A stretch of DNA of 64,000 nucleotides from Candidatus Babeliales bacterium (lineage in GTDB: Bacteria > Babelota > Babeliae > Babelales > JACPOV01), in NCBI GenBank assembly GCA_050250855.1, contig JBFWNW010000002.1, forward strand, positions 96,001 to 160,000. Direction: 5' to 3'. Made by a program: the position numbers and the translations under genes. The notes beneath the pieces were generated by a model. That model was not told the origin of the DNA. It did no database searches and worked only from the letters and a program-made list of their open reading frames with translations. Numbering within the stretch: the first letter of the stretch is position 1; each line of letters begins with the position of its first letter. Shown here piece after piece: positions 18,752 to 29,220 of the stretch.

Positions 18752-19552
18752 ATGAATTACAAAAAAAAATTAATAAAAACTATTACACATTCTCTTGATG
18801 GCCCATTATTGGACACCATAAAAATTGCTTTTTCAGCTAATGCTCCCTTTAATGAGTATCCTTTTTGCATACCGCTTATTAAAAACTTAAAAAATATAAA
18901 CTTTCCGCAGCAAGTTACTTTTTTTGTTGGCGAAAACGGGACAGGTAAATCAACCATTATGGAAGCCATTGCGCAAAAATCAGGATTTGGCCCTGAAGGT
19001 GGCAGTAAAAACATACATTTTAAAACGTCTCAGGAAAATACCTATACAGGAACAGAGTCTCTTGCAGATGCTATGACACTTTCATGGCGAAAAAAACCTA
19101 TGAATGGTTATTTTTTTAGAGCAGAAAGTTTTTTTAATGTTGCAAATTATCTTGATCTTATAGCAAAAAATGGTGGCCCTGAATTGGCTTATGGTCCTTA
19201 TGGTGGCAAGTCTCTGCATGAACAATCACATGGTGAAAGCTTTCTTGCTTTTTTTAAAAATCGGTTAGGAATAGAAGGCTTTTTTCTATTTGATGAGCCA
19301 GAGGCAGCACTTTCACCGCAGCGTCAGTTATCATTGCTGGCAATAATGCACGATATCTGCAAACATAATACACATGCACAATTTATTATCGCAACGCATT
19401 CACCTCTATTACTTGCTTACCCAAATGCTACTATTTATTCATGTGATGGGGATGCATTAACTCAGATTTCTTACGAAGATACGCTGCATTATCAAATTAC
19501 AAAAAACTTTTTAAATAACCCAGAGGGTTACTTACGTTACTTATGCGATTAA
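18752..19552 (+). CDS. Predicted ABC/AAA-type ATPase (COG3910-like)
   Basis: GENGTGKST, RAESF, SLHEQSHGESF, DEPEAALSP, IATHSP. Confidence 0.85.
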   Translation: MNYKKKLIKTITHSLDGPLLDTIKIAFSANAPFNEYPFCIPLIKNLKNINFPQQVTFFVGENGTGKSTIMEAIAQKSGFGPEGGSKNIHFKTSQENTYTGTESLADAMTLSWRKKPMNGYFFRAESFFNVANYLDLIAKNGGPELAYGPYGGKSLHEQSHGESFLAFFKNRLGIEGFFLFDEPEAALSPQRQLSLLAIMHDICKHNTHAQFIIATHSPLLLAYPNATIYSCDGDALTQISYEDTLHYQITKNFLNNPEGYLRYLCD

Positions 19553-19555
19553 ATT

Positions 19556-19585
19556 AAATCGGGGGCTTTTCAGCCCCCCTTAATC
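19556..19585. terminator. Hairpin between convergent genes
   Basis: gggggct-tttc-agccccc. Confidence 0.65.
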
Positions 19586-19586
19586 T

Positions 19587-20657
19587 TTATTTATCGCAAT
19601 AAACAACAATACAAGGTCTGCTATTTTGTTCTTGCTTCAATTTTTCTTTTTCATATTCGAGCGATACTTGCTGAATACCTTGGCAAACGCCAGTAACAAA
19701 TTGACCTGCTTCTTTTAATGCCAAATAATCTTCTCGTGCTTGTAGTGCTGCTTCGCGTTCACGCTGTCTTATTCTTTCTTGTGCTAAACGCGCTTCTTTT
19801 TCTCGTAGCTCTTTTTCTTTGCGTTCAAGCTCTTGTTTTTTGTAATAATGGCTTGTGCTTACAATTCTCTGCACATCACGCAAAATAATAAGCATTCCAT
19901 TGGCATCTTGATACACAACAGAATATCTGTTCAAATACTGGATATGAGACTCTAAATTTCGAATATCACGATTAAGGTTTTGAACATAATACAAAGCAGG
20001 AAATTCTTTGCGTATGTTATAAACAAGTCGCTCCAAAAATTGCTCTCTGCCCGCATAAGAAAGCTTTGGCATATTCATAAACTCGCTACCATAAGAGCGA
20101 TGTAAGCAACCCTGTAACGAGCAAAATTCAAAATAATGCTTATGCATAGTAACTATATCTTTAAAATTTTTAATACGCTTTACAAAATCCTCTATCTGCA
20201 CTACAGCACGTTGCGCTTCAAATACAAACATCCCTTTTTCATAATTGTTATAAGATTTTGTTATGCGCTTTGTTAATTCTTGTCTGATTTGATCAAGATT
20301 GTTTTCATAGGTCATATTACAAAAATCAAGAAGCTTAGATCCACTAAAACGTTCATAGAGTGTTCTTAAATCATTTTCACTCAATTGATACCCTGATTTA
20401 CAACCAACAGTATATTCAAATCCTCGTATAACATGCTCCAAATTTCGCTGTGCTTCTTCTAATGCTGTATGAGCTTTTTGCAAAACTGCCTCATCTGACT
20501 CTGGCCAAAAAAGCCAGTACCCTATTCCAGCAACCGCCGCACATGCCGTTGCAAAAATACCTACCTTTTCTGGGGTGCTAAGTTCAACTGGCTTTGCCTC
20601 TTGAACCTGAGTATAAAGCGCTAAGCCTAGTGATATTTTCATAATGTGTTTTTTCAT
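19587..20657 (-). CDS. Hypothetical exported/membrane protein with charged coiled-coil C-terminus
   Basis: ATG 20657 with ggag RBS; signal peptide, TM segment, ERKEKELREKEARL region. Confidence 0.65.
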   Translation of the reverse strand: MKKHIMKISLGLALYTQVQEAKPVELSTPEKVGIFATACAAVAGIGYWLFWPESDEAVLQKAHTALEEAQRNLEHVIRGFEYTVGCKSGYQLSENDLRTLYERFSGSKLLDFCNMTYENNLDQIRQELTKRITKSYNNYEKGMFVFEAQRAVVQIEDFVKRIKNFKDIVTMHKHYFEFCSLQGCLHRSYGSEFMNMPKLSYAGREQFLERLVYNIRKEFPALYYVQNLNRDIRNLESHIQYLNRYSVVYQDANGMLIILRDVQRIVSTSHYYKKQELERKEKELREKEARLAQERIRQREREAALQAREDYLALKEAGQFVTGVCQGIQQVSLEYEKEKLKQEQNSRPCIVVYCDK

Positions 20658-20820
20658 TGAAAAGTCTCCATGTATAAGTAGTTGTGAAAAAACTAATTTC
20701 GTTTCAACTATAGCGATATTTGCCACAAAATCAAAAGCCCCCCTAGACCAAAAAACTATACAAATACATAAATTTTGGCATATTCTTTCAATAATACATT
20801 TCAACACCAAAAGGATTCCT

Positions 20821-21519
20821 ATGAAAAAATTTCTTCTTGCTTTAGCAATAATGTTTAGCACTCCGGCTGTACAAGCCCAAGACCCAATTAGTTGGTTTTT
20901 TGAATTACTTGGTTATCGAGTAGAAGAGCGTGAAGGCTGGCAAGTACAACAAGCGGCCCGTGAAAATGCAGCTTATGATGTAGCAGAGGCAAATGCTAGC
21001 CAACGCGCAGATTATTATGGTGAAATTCGCCAAACATTTAAAAATTCTTTTGATTATGTATTAGTAAAGCCAGGCACCTACAACAGTAAAATTGAAAAAG
21101 CTAAAAATCACTATTCAAATGAATTAATTAACCACTACCAAAAACAAAATGCTCATACATGGCTTGCATTAGATCAAGCAAAAAAGCAAGCAAAAGACGT
21201 TGCTGTCCAAAAAGCCAAAGAATTTATCTTGCACAACGCTAAGGATTATGCAAATAAGCTCCTTTATGGCAAAAATCTCCCTTGCAATCCCGATTACCTT
21301 ATAAATGAAGTTCATAATAACATTGCTAATAAAATAAGATATCTCGACACTTGCCAAGATTTTGTTGGCCAAAATTTATACTATGAAGTTGAGGCTATAT
21401 TAGAAAGAGAAATAGGATGTACGTGCACTATGATTACCCATGATCAATCAGATTACGCAGATTATCTTAATGCTCAGAACCAGAAATATGCACCTTCAGC
21501 ACCGCCTATGGATCTATAA
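20821..21519 (+). CDS. Hypothetical secreted protein with C-terminal PSAP motif
   Basis: MKKFLLALAIMFSTPAVQA signal peptide; aagga RBS. Confidence 0.7.
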   Translation: MKKFLLALAIMFSTPAVQAQDPISWFFELLGYRVEEREGWQVQQAARENAAYDVAEANASQRADYYGEIRQTFKNSFDYVLVKPGTYNSKIEKAKNHYSNELINHYQKQNAHTWLALDQAKKQAKDVAVQKAKEFILHNAKDYANKLLYGKNLPCNPDYLINEVHNNIANKIRYLDTCQDFVGQNLYYEVEAILEREIGCTCTMITHDQSDYADYLNAQNQKYAPSAPPMDL

Positions 21520-21530
21520 AGGAATTTAGC

Positions 21531-22292
21531 ATGCAAAAAAAAGGATATATGCTCATTGGTAATTGGAAAATGTACATGAGCACTTATGAAGCACGTGCAT
21601 GGCTGGAATCTCACACTAAAAATCTTGCTACAACTCTTAAGGGCTCAGGACATTCTTTAGTCCTGTGCCCTTCTTTTGATGCTCTTTTTTTAGTGCAACA
21701 GTTTTTAAAAGATTCTTCTATAGAATATGGTGCGCAGGATTGTTCGGAACATATACAAGGGGCGTACACGGGCCAGGTTTCTGCTCAATCATTGCAAGAC
21801 CTTGGTTGTTCTTACGGCATTATTGGCCATAGCGAAGTAAGACAGTTTCATGCAGAAACATCAGATATAGTTGCTCAAAAAATGGTGCGTTTATTGGAAC
21901 ATGCTATAACCCCGATAATTTGCATTGGAGAATCTCATCAAGATTACCTAAATGGTAAAGCACAAGAACACATTAAGAAACAACTTAAGCCCATTGAGCG
22001 TGCTCTTACTTCTTATAAAAAATCTGCAAATCTTATTATCGCCTATGAACCAATTTGGTCGATAGGAACGGGCATTGTACCAGAAGTTAATTACTTAGAA
22101 AGCATCTTTGAATTCATTAACTCTTTAACTGCCAGTTGGCCAAAAACTACTACGTTTAAACTTTTATATGGCGGTAGCGTTAATGAAAAAAGCAGTATAC
22201 AGCTTAAAAATATAGCTGCTCTTGATGGCTTTCTTGTAGGTAAAGCAAGCACTGACCCTAAAAAATTAAGTGATATGCTAAAGCTCTTATAA
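21531..22292 (+). CDS. tpiA: Triosephosphate isomerase
   Basis: GNWKM, GAYTG, IGHSE, AYEPIWSIGTG, LYGGSV. Confidence 0.95.
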   Translation: MQKKGYMLIGNWKMYMSTYEARAWLESHTKNLATTLKGSGHSLVLCPSFDALFLVQQFLKDSSIEYGAQDCSEHIQGAYTGQVSAQSLQDLGCSYGIIGHSEVRQFHAETSDIVAQKMVRLLEHAITPIICIGESHQDYLNGKAQEHIKKQLKPIERALTSYKKSANLIIAYEPIWSIGTGIVPEVNYLESIFEFINSLTASWPKTTTFKLLYGGSVNEKSSIQLKNIAALDGFLVGKASTDPKKLSDMLKLL

Positions 22293-22364
22293 ATTCTTTT
22301 TTTACAAATGCTAAAAAAAGGGTTATCCTGAAACTATAAGTATACTCAAGTACTGGAGACTATT

Positions 22365-22658
22365 ATGAATATTGTTATCGGTTTACTAACAGCTCTTTTT
22401 GTTTTTGTCAGCATTCTTTTGATTCCCCTTATTCTTTTACAAAAAGGTAAAGGAAGCATGGGTCTTGGCTCTATGGGCGGCGGCGCTCAAATGCTTTTTG
22501 GTGGCAGCGGTGGTCAAGATCTTTTCCAAAAATTAACATGGACTCTTGGTGCAATTTTCATGTTTGGCTCGCTTGCAATTTCTATCATGAAAACCCAAGA
22601 TTATCGCTCTTCTCGCTATTTAAAGGGTTATAAAACTCAACAGCAACTTCCAGAATAA
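22365..22658 (+). CDS. secG: Preprotein translocase subunit SecG
   Basis: Two TMs with LLQKGKG..GG..LFG loop; conserved tpiA-secG order. Confidence 0.9.
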   Translation: MNIVIGLLTALFVFVSILLIPLILLQKGKGSMGLGSMGGGAQMLFGGSGGQDLFQKLTWTLGAIFMFGSLAISIMKTQDYRSSRYLKGYKTQQQLPE

Positions 22659-22674
22659 GAATCTTATTCTGCGC

Positions 22675-23445
22675 ATGCTTATTAGCAACACGGGAAGATT
22701 TTTTTTAAAAGCATGTAATGCTACTGGTTCCTTTATTCTTTTTTTAGGACATGTGCTGCGTACTTTTTTTTCTGAAAAACCTCCTTATAAAAAGATACTG
22801 CACAATATTGAGTCTATAGGAATTCATTCGCTTCCTATTGTTTTATTAACCGGTACGTTTTCTGGCGCCGTACTCGCTTTGCAAAGTTATTTAGGATTCA
22901 AGCGCTTTGGCGGTCAAGATTTTATAGGCCCTATTGTAGCATTAACCTTAACACGAGAGTTAGGCCCCGTTTTAACAGGACTTATGGTCACAGGAAGGGC
23001 CGGTTCTTCCATTGCAGCAGAAATTGGCACCATGAAAATTACTGAACAAATTGATGCTCTGCGCACGATGAATATTAATATCTGGCACTATCTTATGGTT
23101 CCCCGTATTGTTGCTGCTACTTTTATAGTACCTTTTCTTTCACTGATTGCTATGCTCATGGGAATCTTAGGCGGTTATTTTGTATGCACCTATATTTTAC
23201 ATATAAATAGTCACCTTTATATTCTTGGCATTCAAAAACATATTGACCTTTTTGACATTATAAGCGGCCTGATTAAATCTGCTTTTTTTGGCCTCATTTT
23301 TTCATGGGTTGGTTGTTATAAAGGATATAAAACATATGGCGGCGCTCAAGGAGTTGGCAAAGCCACAACACAAACGGTTGTCCTTGCTTCTGTTATGATT
23401 TTAATAGCTAACTACTTTTTAACCGCACTTCTTTTTGGTCTCTAG
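22675..23445 (+). CDS. mlaE: MlaE-family ABC permease
   Basis: RELGPVLTGL, GRAGSSIAAEIGTMKITEQIDAL, GGAQGVG. Confidence 0.9.
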   Translation: MLISNTGRFFLKACNATGSFILFLGHVLRTFFSEKPPYKKILHNIESIGIHSLPIVLLTGTFSGAVLALQSYLGFKRFGGQDFIGPIVALTLTRELGPVLTGLMVTGRAGSSIAAEIGTMKITEQIDALRTMNINIWHYLMVPRIVAATFIVPFLSLIAMLMGILGGYFVCTYILHINSHLYILGIQKHIDLFDIISGLIKSAFFGLIFSWVGCYKGYKTYGGAQGVGKATTQTVVLASVMILIANYFLTALLFGL

Positions 23446-23448
23446 CAT

Positions 23449-24201
23449 ATGATTCAACTTATTAATGTTCATAAAAAAATTAAAAATTCATTTATCTCTA
23501 AGGGCATAGATCTGGTAATCCCTGCTCACAAGATGACCGTTATTATAGGAAGATCGGGTGAAGGTAAGTCACTTCTTTTAAAACAGATCATGGGACTTGT
23601 AAAACCAACATCAGGCTCAATTTTGATTGATAATAAGGATATAACTACATTATCAGAAAAAGAGTGCGCTCCTATTTTTAGCCAACTGGGCTATGTATTT
23701 CAATTTGCAGCTCTTCTTGATTCACTCAATACATTTGAAAATATAGGAATAAAGTTGCTCCTTGATGGCATGCCCCGAGAAAAGGTTCTTGCTATTGTGC
23801 AAGAAAAATTAGCTCTTGTTCATTTACCACAAGAAGTATTATGGAAATATCCTTCTGAACTTTCTGGCGGCATGCGCAAGCGCGTTGGCTTGGCACGCAC
23901 TTTAACCACAAACCCTAGCATTATTTTGTATGATGAACCAACAACGGGCCTTGACCCTATTACAACACGAGTAATTCATGAACTTATGCATGACATGCAA
24001 GTAAAACTCAATGTAACGTCTGTTGTTATTTCACATGACGTTGAAATTTTTAAATATGCGGATCATGTAGCACTATTGCATGAAGGTAAAATTCAGTATT
24101 CAGGAACTGCCTGCGACATATGGCAAACGGATAATGCTCACGTTCATCAATTCATTCATGGCTTACAAAACGGCCCTATTCAAGCAGAATGGCAACTCTA
24201 A
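23449..24201 (+). CDS. mlaF: MlaF-family ABC ATPase
   Basis: GRSGEGKS, ELSGGMRKR, YDEPTTGLDP; follows mlaE. Confidence 0.85.
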   Translation: MIQLINVHKKIKNSFISKGIDLVIPAHKMTVIIGRSGEGKSLLLKQIMGLVKPTSGSILIDNKDITTLSEKECAPIFSQLGYVFQFAALLDSLNTFENIGIKLLLDGMPREKVLAIVQEKLALVHLPQEVLWKYPSELSGGMRKRVGLARTLTTNPSIILYDEPTTGLDPITTRVIHELMHDMQVKLNVTSVVISHDVEIFKYADHVALLHEGKIQYSGTACDIWQTDNAHVHQFIHGLQNGPIQAEWQL

Positions 24202-24314
24202 AACAAATCGCCATTGTAAGATTTGATCAAACTGATACAATGAATATTACTCAGTAATTTGCACGAGGATTTACTAATAAGAATAGTATAAAACTTGGAT
24301 AGTAAGGCATAGTT

Positions 24315-25301
24315 ATGGTTCATGAATTAGATAATCAACTTATTGAAAAAATACAAGAACAAAGCGCTTTATTTAATCTTTTAAAAAATGAAGTCGGCAA
24401 ACATATTGTTGGCAATGAAAAAGCTATAGATTTTATTATTATAGCCCTTCTTTGCAATGGACATATTCTTTTGGAAGGTGTTCCTGGTGTCGCTAAAACA
24501 AAAATGATTAAAACAATTTCTGATGCGCTAGGTCTTTCGTTTAAGCGAATTCAATTTACGCCAGATTTATTACCAGCAGATTTGCTTGGCACCCTTATTT
24601 TTAACCCAAAAACTCATGAATTTGAAACAAAAAAGGGTCCTATTTTTGCCAATTTAATTTTAGCCGATGAAATTAACCGTACGCCTGCAAAAGTTCAAGC
24701 TGCTTTGCTTGAATGTATGCAAGAACATCAAGTAACACTCGGTTCTACTACCTACAATCTCGAAAAACCTTTCTTGGTATTTGCTACACAAAATCCTATA
24801 GAACAAGAAGGAACCTATCGCCTTCCTGAAGCGCAAATAGATAGATTCATGTTTAAACTTCTTATTGAATATTTAAATCCTGAACAAGAAAAACAAATTA
24901 TAGCAAAAACAGAAAATAGTAGTCCTATTGTTCGTATTCTTGACCAGGCAACTATTTCAGCCGCGCAAGCATTAGTCAAAAAAGTATATGTCGATCAAAA
25001 GATTGTTGATTATATTATTGACCTTATTTTTGCAACAAGAAGACCACAAGATTATGGCTTAAAAAATATTAAACCATATATTCATTATGGCGTTTCTCCT
25101 CGTGCTACGCTTGCACTCTATCATGCTGCTCAAGCTCATGCATTTTTAAAGAAACGACATTTTGTAATACCTGATGATGTAAAAGCAGTTGCTCCTGCAG
25201 TGCTTCGTCACCGCATAACGTTAAGCTACGAGGCAGAAGCGGATGATATTACGCAAGATGCTATCATTCAAACAATTTTAAATACTATTCCATCTCCATA
25301 A
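24315..25301 (+). CDS. moxR: MoxR family AAA+ ATPase
   Basis: EGVPGVAKT, RIQFTPDLLPAD, DEINR, ATQNPIEQEGTY. Confidence 0.9.
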   Translation: MVHELDNQLIEKIQEQSALFNLLKNEVGKHIVGNEKAIDFIIIALLCNGHILLEGVPGVAKTKMIKTISDALGLSFKRIQFTPDLLPADLLGTLIFNPKTHEFETKKGPIFANLILADEINRTPAKVQAALLECMQEHQVTLGSTTYNLEKPFLVFATQNPIEQEGTYRLPEAQIDRFMFKLLIEYLNPEQEKQIIAKTENSSPIVRILDQATISAAQALVKKVYVDQKIVDYIIDLIFATRRPQDYGLKNIKPYIHYGVSPRATLALYHAAQAHAFLKKRHFVIPDDVKAVAPAVLRHRITLSYEAEADDITQDAIIQTILNTIPSP

Positions 25302-25410
25302 TAATAAGTAGGACAAATCAAGGGTCTATTCTTGCAATCAAAAATAGCCCTTGACAAAAAATTAATATGAAGGGTATTGTGTGAAAGTAATGTCAAAAAA
25401 AGGAATATTA

Positions 25411-26562
25411 ATGAAACATCCTTTTTGGCTTCTTAATAGTACTCTATTATTAACCTTTATTGGGTCAATACTTTTTGTAATTTTTTCATGGCAAAAAATG
25501 CCTTTAAAGGTATCCTTTGAGCCTGGTCCTGAAATAAAACCTATTAAAAAAGAACTTACAAAAATTGATCTGAGTAAAATTTATACTAACGATCTTTTTG
25601 ATACGTATGTTCAACCATTGCCAAGTATCAAGCAGCCAACATTTACAGCACCTATTCCTGCACCCCCAATACCAAAACCACCAGCAATTCCTTCTACACC
25701 GCCTATAAAATTTTTAGAACCACTTAAAATTAATTTGCGTGGCATTATTATAGCAAGCGATGAACGCATGAATATTGCTATTATTCAAGATGCAAAAACA
25801 GGAAAATCTGAAAACTACAAAATTGGTGACATGCTTGAAGATGCTCAACTTATTAGAATATTAAAAAACAAAATTATTCTTATTCGCTCAAATGGGCAAC
25901 AAGAAACTCTTTATGTAAGTCAGCATGATGCAGAGCTTGAACAACTTATGAAACCTCAGCAAAACTGGACTTCTGTTATCAAGAAAACATCAGAAAATGT
26001 TTATAGCATAGATACCGATCTTTTTGCTGAAAAAATAAAAAATCTTTCACAATTTATTGACGCACTGAACTTAACAACAGTATATAAACAGGGTGAAAGC
26101 ATTGGATGCCGCCTTGGTAAACAAAGTAATGATTCATTAGGCTTAGCGCTTGGTTTAATGCAAGGTGATATTATTGAATCAATACAAGGTATTCCGGTAA
26201 CAACCACTGAAAATCGCTTTACTATTTACCAAAATCTTCTTTCTTTAGAAAAAGGTCAGGAGATTTCCGTTATTGTGATACGACGAGGTCAACCAATGCG
26301 TTTTAGTTACCTATTGGAAAAATATACGGGAATAAGTGCTGCTGCGCAGCTAGAAGGAATCTCAGTAAAATATGATGAAAAAACAGAAGAGCAAGTTAAA
26401 GCAGAAAAAAGAAAGCTTCTAGAAGAAAAATATCGTTTTGCTCCAACTGCTGAAGAACTACAAAAAAAAGAAAAACAGGATATGCTCAAATTAAGTAGAC
26501 GAAATAGCCAGTTATCTAATAGGCAAAATCGTAGTACACTATTAAATACTATGAAACTTTAA
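25411..26562 (+). CDS. gspC: Type II secretion protein C-like (TM, Pro-rich linker, HR and PDZ domains)
   Basis: LRGII..AII, YKIGD, LGLMQGDIIESIQG; upstream of a secretin; ATG 25411 preferred. Confidence 0.75.
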   Translation: MKHPFWLLNSTLLLTFIGSILFVIFSWQKMPLKVSFEPGPEIKPIKKELTKIDLSKIYTNDLFDTYVQPLPSIKQPTFTAPIPAPPIPKPPAIPSTPPIKFLEPLKINLRGIIIASDERMNIAIIQDAKTGKSENYKIGDMLEDAQLIRILKNKIILIRSNGQQETLYVSQHDAELEQLMKPQQNWTSVIKKTSENVYSIDTDLFAEKIKNLSQFIDALNLTTVYKQGESIGCRLGKQSNDSLGLALGLMQGDIIESIQGIPVTTTENRFTIYQNLLSLEKGQEISVIVIRRGQPMRFSYLLEKYTGISAAAQLEGISVKYDEKTEEQVKAEKRKLLEEKYRFAPTAEELQKKEKQDMLKLSRRNSQLSNRQNRSTLLNTMKL

Positions 26563-26574
26563 ATGTAGAAAAAA

Positions 26575-29220
26575 ATGAATTATAAAAAAATTATATCAAT
26601 GCTTTTTATATTCTTTTTTTGTCAGCATCTAGAGGGATACACGAGAAAAACAAAAACTTCTTGTGCTAGTCCTGTTGCTGCAGAAAAACAACAGAGCTCT
26701 TATGGCAAAAGAGCATCACGAAATAAACCTAAAGCGGTTATTTCTGGTTCTACCCAAGAATGTCAACCTGAAGCTTTAGATACCTGTGCTCCTGCAGTTT
26801 TTAATCCTGCGCAAAAGGTACAAAGCCGACAACCCTTTGCCGCAAAAAAAGATCCTAAACAGACTAAAACAAAACCACTATCACAAGTAGAGCAAAAACA
26901 AGTTGATGAGCCTTTAGATGGTCACGATTTTTCTGAAGCTAAAAAGCATATTCCCACGCGCCCAAAAACAGCAACTGATGATAAAGAAGATTTAATAGAA
27001 GTAAATCTTGAAAAAACAGATCTTCCTAATTTGTTGCGTTGGATTTCTGATGTATTTAACGTTAAATTTTTAAGTGAAGATGCTCTTCAACCGTCGCCGA
27101 GTGGCAGAAATTTATCTGGTAATGCTATTACTTTTAAAACCCATACGCCACTTACCAAGCGTGAAGTGTGGGATCTCTTTATTACGTTTCTTGATCTTTT
27201 TGGTTTTGGCCTTTCTGAAGGCACTATTCCAGATTTATATAAAGTTTTACCAACAGGGCCACAGGGGTCTCCTAATTTACTTTCAAAAGCACCGCTCCCT
27301 TCTTACATTAATATACCTTGGCAAGATTTACCTGATAATGATAGCACCGTGCGCTATGTATATTTGGTAAAAAATAGTAACTTAGCAACCATTCAAGGTA
27401 TTGTTGATGCCTTTAGAAGTAACACCTCAATATTACGAAAATTAGAAGATCTAAATGGTCTTTTTATGATTGATAAATCATCCAATATTCGTTCTATTAT
27501 GCAAGTTGTTGATGAGCTTGATAAAGCAACACAACCGGAAGCACTTTCTGTTCTTAAGTTAAAAAATGCTGACGCTAATGATGTTGTTAATCTTTATAAC
27601 CAATTAGTAAAAACAGAAGATCCTCGCGGCATTGCTCGCTTTTTGGGAGGCAAAAAACCTACTACTATTTACTTTCCCGAAGGCCTTCGCATGATTCCTG
27701 AACCGCGAACCAATACGCTGATTATTTTGGGAGATAAAGAAGGTATCAAAAAAGCAGAAGATTTCATTATTAACCATGTTGATACTGAATTAAAAATTCC
27801 TTATTCACCTTTGTATGTTTATGAATTACAGTACACCAGCGCCAAAGATATGGCAGAAATTTTAACGAATGTAACACAATTTACCGGAGGCTCTGCAGCC
27901 GCAGCAACAAGCGGCGGTGTTCGTGAAGGTGATAAATATTTACGTCCTATGGTGTTCAAGGCAGAAGATCAAGGAAATCGTTTACTTATTAAAGCAGAAA
28001 AAGAAGATTATTTAAAAGTGCGTGATATTATTAGAAAACTTGATGTAAAACAACCACAGATTGCTATGGAAGTTTTAATCGTCAATGTTATTCAGACCAA
28101 TGATCGCCAACTTGGCGTTCAGATTCGTAACAAGTCAACAAATACCGTTAGTAAAAATCTTGATTTCCAAACTTCCGGGTTCCCTCTTGCGAATAATACT
28201 CGCTCAGCTCCCGTCATTGATCAAAATACTGGCTCAATCATGGCAAACCTTATTAGCCTTGCGCAAGGACAATCTGTTGGCTCAACCTTGTTGACCATTT
28301 CTAATGCAGCATCGGGCGTATGGGGAATTTTTAAAATTTTACAAAACTATGCACAAACAAATATTGTTTCTAATCCGTTCTTAATTACGACTAATAAATA
28401 TACGGCTCAAGTTTCTATTGGTGAAACACGCCGTATTCAGACAAGTACAACCTCTGGTGTACAAAACGTTGCAGCATTTGGCGACGTTGAAGCGAATTTG
28501 ACAGTAAAAATAACACCACAAATAAATAGTATAGGTATTATTAACTTAGTTGTTGATATTAGCATTCAAAACTTTACGCAAGCTGACCCTAACAGTGCTA
28601 CTAAAGATACAAAAACAGTAAAAACAAACGCTAACGTTGCTAATGGCGAAGTTCTTGCTATTGGTGGCCTCTTGCAATCAAGAGAAGATGATGCCACCAG
28701 CAAAGTACCTATTCTTGGTGATTTTCCTGTGCTTGGTTGGTTCTTTAAAAGTAAGGCAAAAACGAAAACAAAAGATAATTTACTTATTTTTATTTCTCCT
28801 CGCATTATCGAACCTATGCTTGCAGGTGGCATTGGTGAATACACACAAGAAAAAGCATGTAAATCAAAAAATATTATGGGCGAAGCTCGTCATCCTGCAG
28901 AAAAACGCGATCCTATTCATCGTTGGTTCTTCCATGACTATCCATGCGAAGGTACTGAGTATATTGACGATTTCCTTGCAAGTCGCAACAATGAACCAGT
29001 ATGCCGCGTAGAATGTGAAGAATGTCCAGATCAAATAGATCCAGATTATACCTGTTGCGGAGAGCCAGCCACACGCTTTATAACAACAGATGCTGCAGTT
29101 GGCACTGATGCAAAGAAAAATAGTCCCGCACCTAAAGAAAAAGTTATTCTTGCTGATAACAAGGCAGAAAATAAAAAATCAAAAAAATCTCTTATTAACT
29201 TCTTGCCAGGTGAAGCATGA
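26575..29220 (+). CDS. gspD: Secretin (GspD-like), copy 1
   Basis: N-domain repeats (LKNADANDV, PEPRTNTLII), LDVKQPQI, KVPILGDFPVLGWFFK, LLIFISPRII. Confidence 0.85.
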   Translation: MNYKKIISMLFIFFFCQHLEGYTRKTKTSCASPVAAEKQQSSYGKRASRNKPKAVISGSTQECQPEALDTCAPAVFNPAQKVQSRQPFAAKKDPKQTKTKPLSQVEQKQVDEPLDGHDFSEAKKHIPTRPKTATDDKEDLIEVNLEKTDLPNLLRWISDVFNVKFLSEDALQPSPSGRNLSGNAITFKTHTPLTKREVWDLFITFLDLFGFGLSEGTIPDLYKVLPTGPQGSPNLLSKAPLPSYINIPWQDLPDNDSTVRYVYLVKNSNLATIQGIVDAFRSNTSILRKLEDLNGLFMIDKSSNIRSIMQVVDELDKATQPEALSVLKLKNADANDVVNLYNQLVKTEDPRGIARFLGGKKPTTIYFPEGLRMIPEPRTNTLIILGDKEGIKKAEDFIINHVDTELKIPYSPLYVYELQYTSAKDMAEILTNVTQFTGGSAAAATSGGVREGDKYLRPMVFKAEDQGNRLLIKAEKEDYLKVRDIIRKLDVKQPQIAMEVLIVNVIQTNDRQLGVQIRNKSTNTVSKNLDFQTSGFPLANNTRSAPVIDQNTGSIMANLISLAQGQSVGSTLLTISNAASGVWGIFKILQNYAQTNIVSNPFLITTNKYTAQVSIGETRRIQTSTTSGVQNVAAFGDVEANLTVKITPQINSIGIINLVVDISIQNFTQADPNSATKDTKTVKTNANVANGEVLAIGGLLQSREDDATSKVPILGDFPVLGWFFKSKAKTKTKDNLLIFISPRIIEPMLAGGIGEYTQEKACKSKNIMGEARHPAEKRDPIHRWFFHDYPCEGTEYIDDFLASRNNEPVCRVECEECPDQIDPDYTCCGEPATRFITTDAAVGTDAKKNSPAPKEKVILADNKAENKKSKKSLINFLPGEA

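Noticed and set aside
18752..19552. Defence-system ATPase
   Set aside because: Stand-alone COG3910-like ATPase with no adjacent nuclease or other partner gene.
20644..20861. Overlapping N-terminal extensions of the divergent ORFs 19587..20861 and 20644..21519
   Set aside because: Downstream ATGs (20657 and 20821) have RBSs and begin signal peptides; the interval is likely a divergent promoter region.
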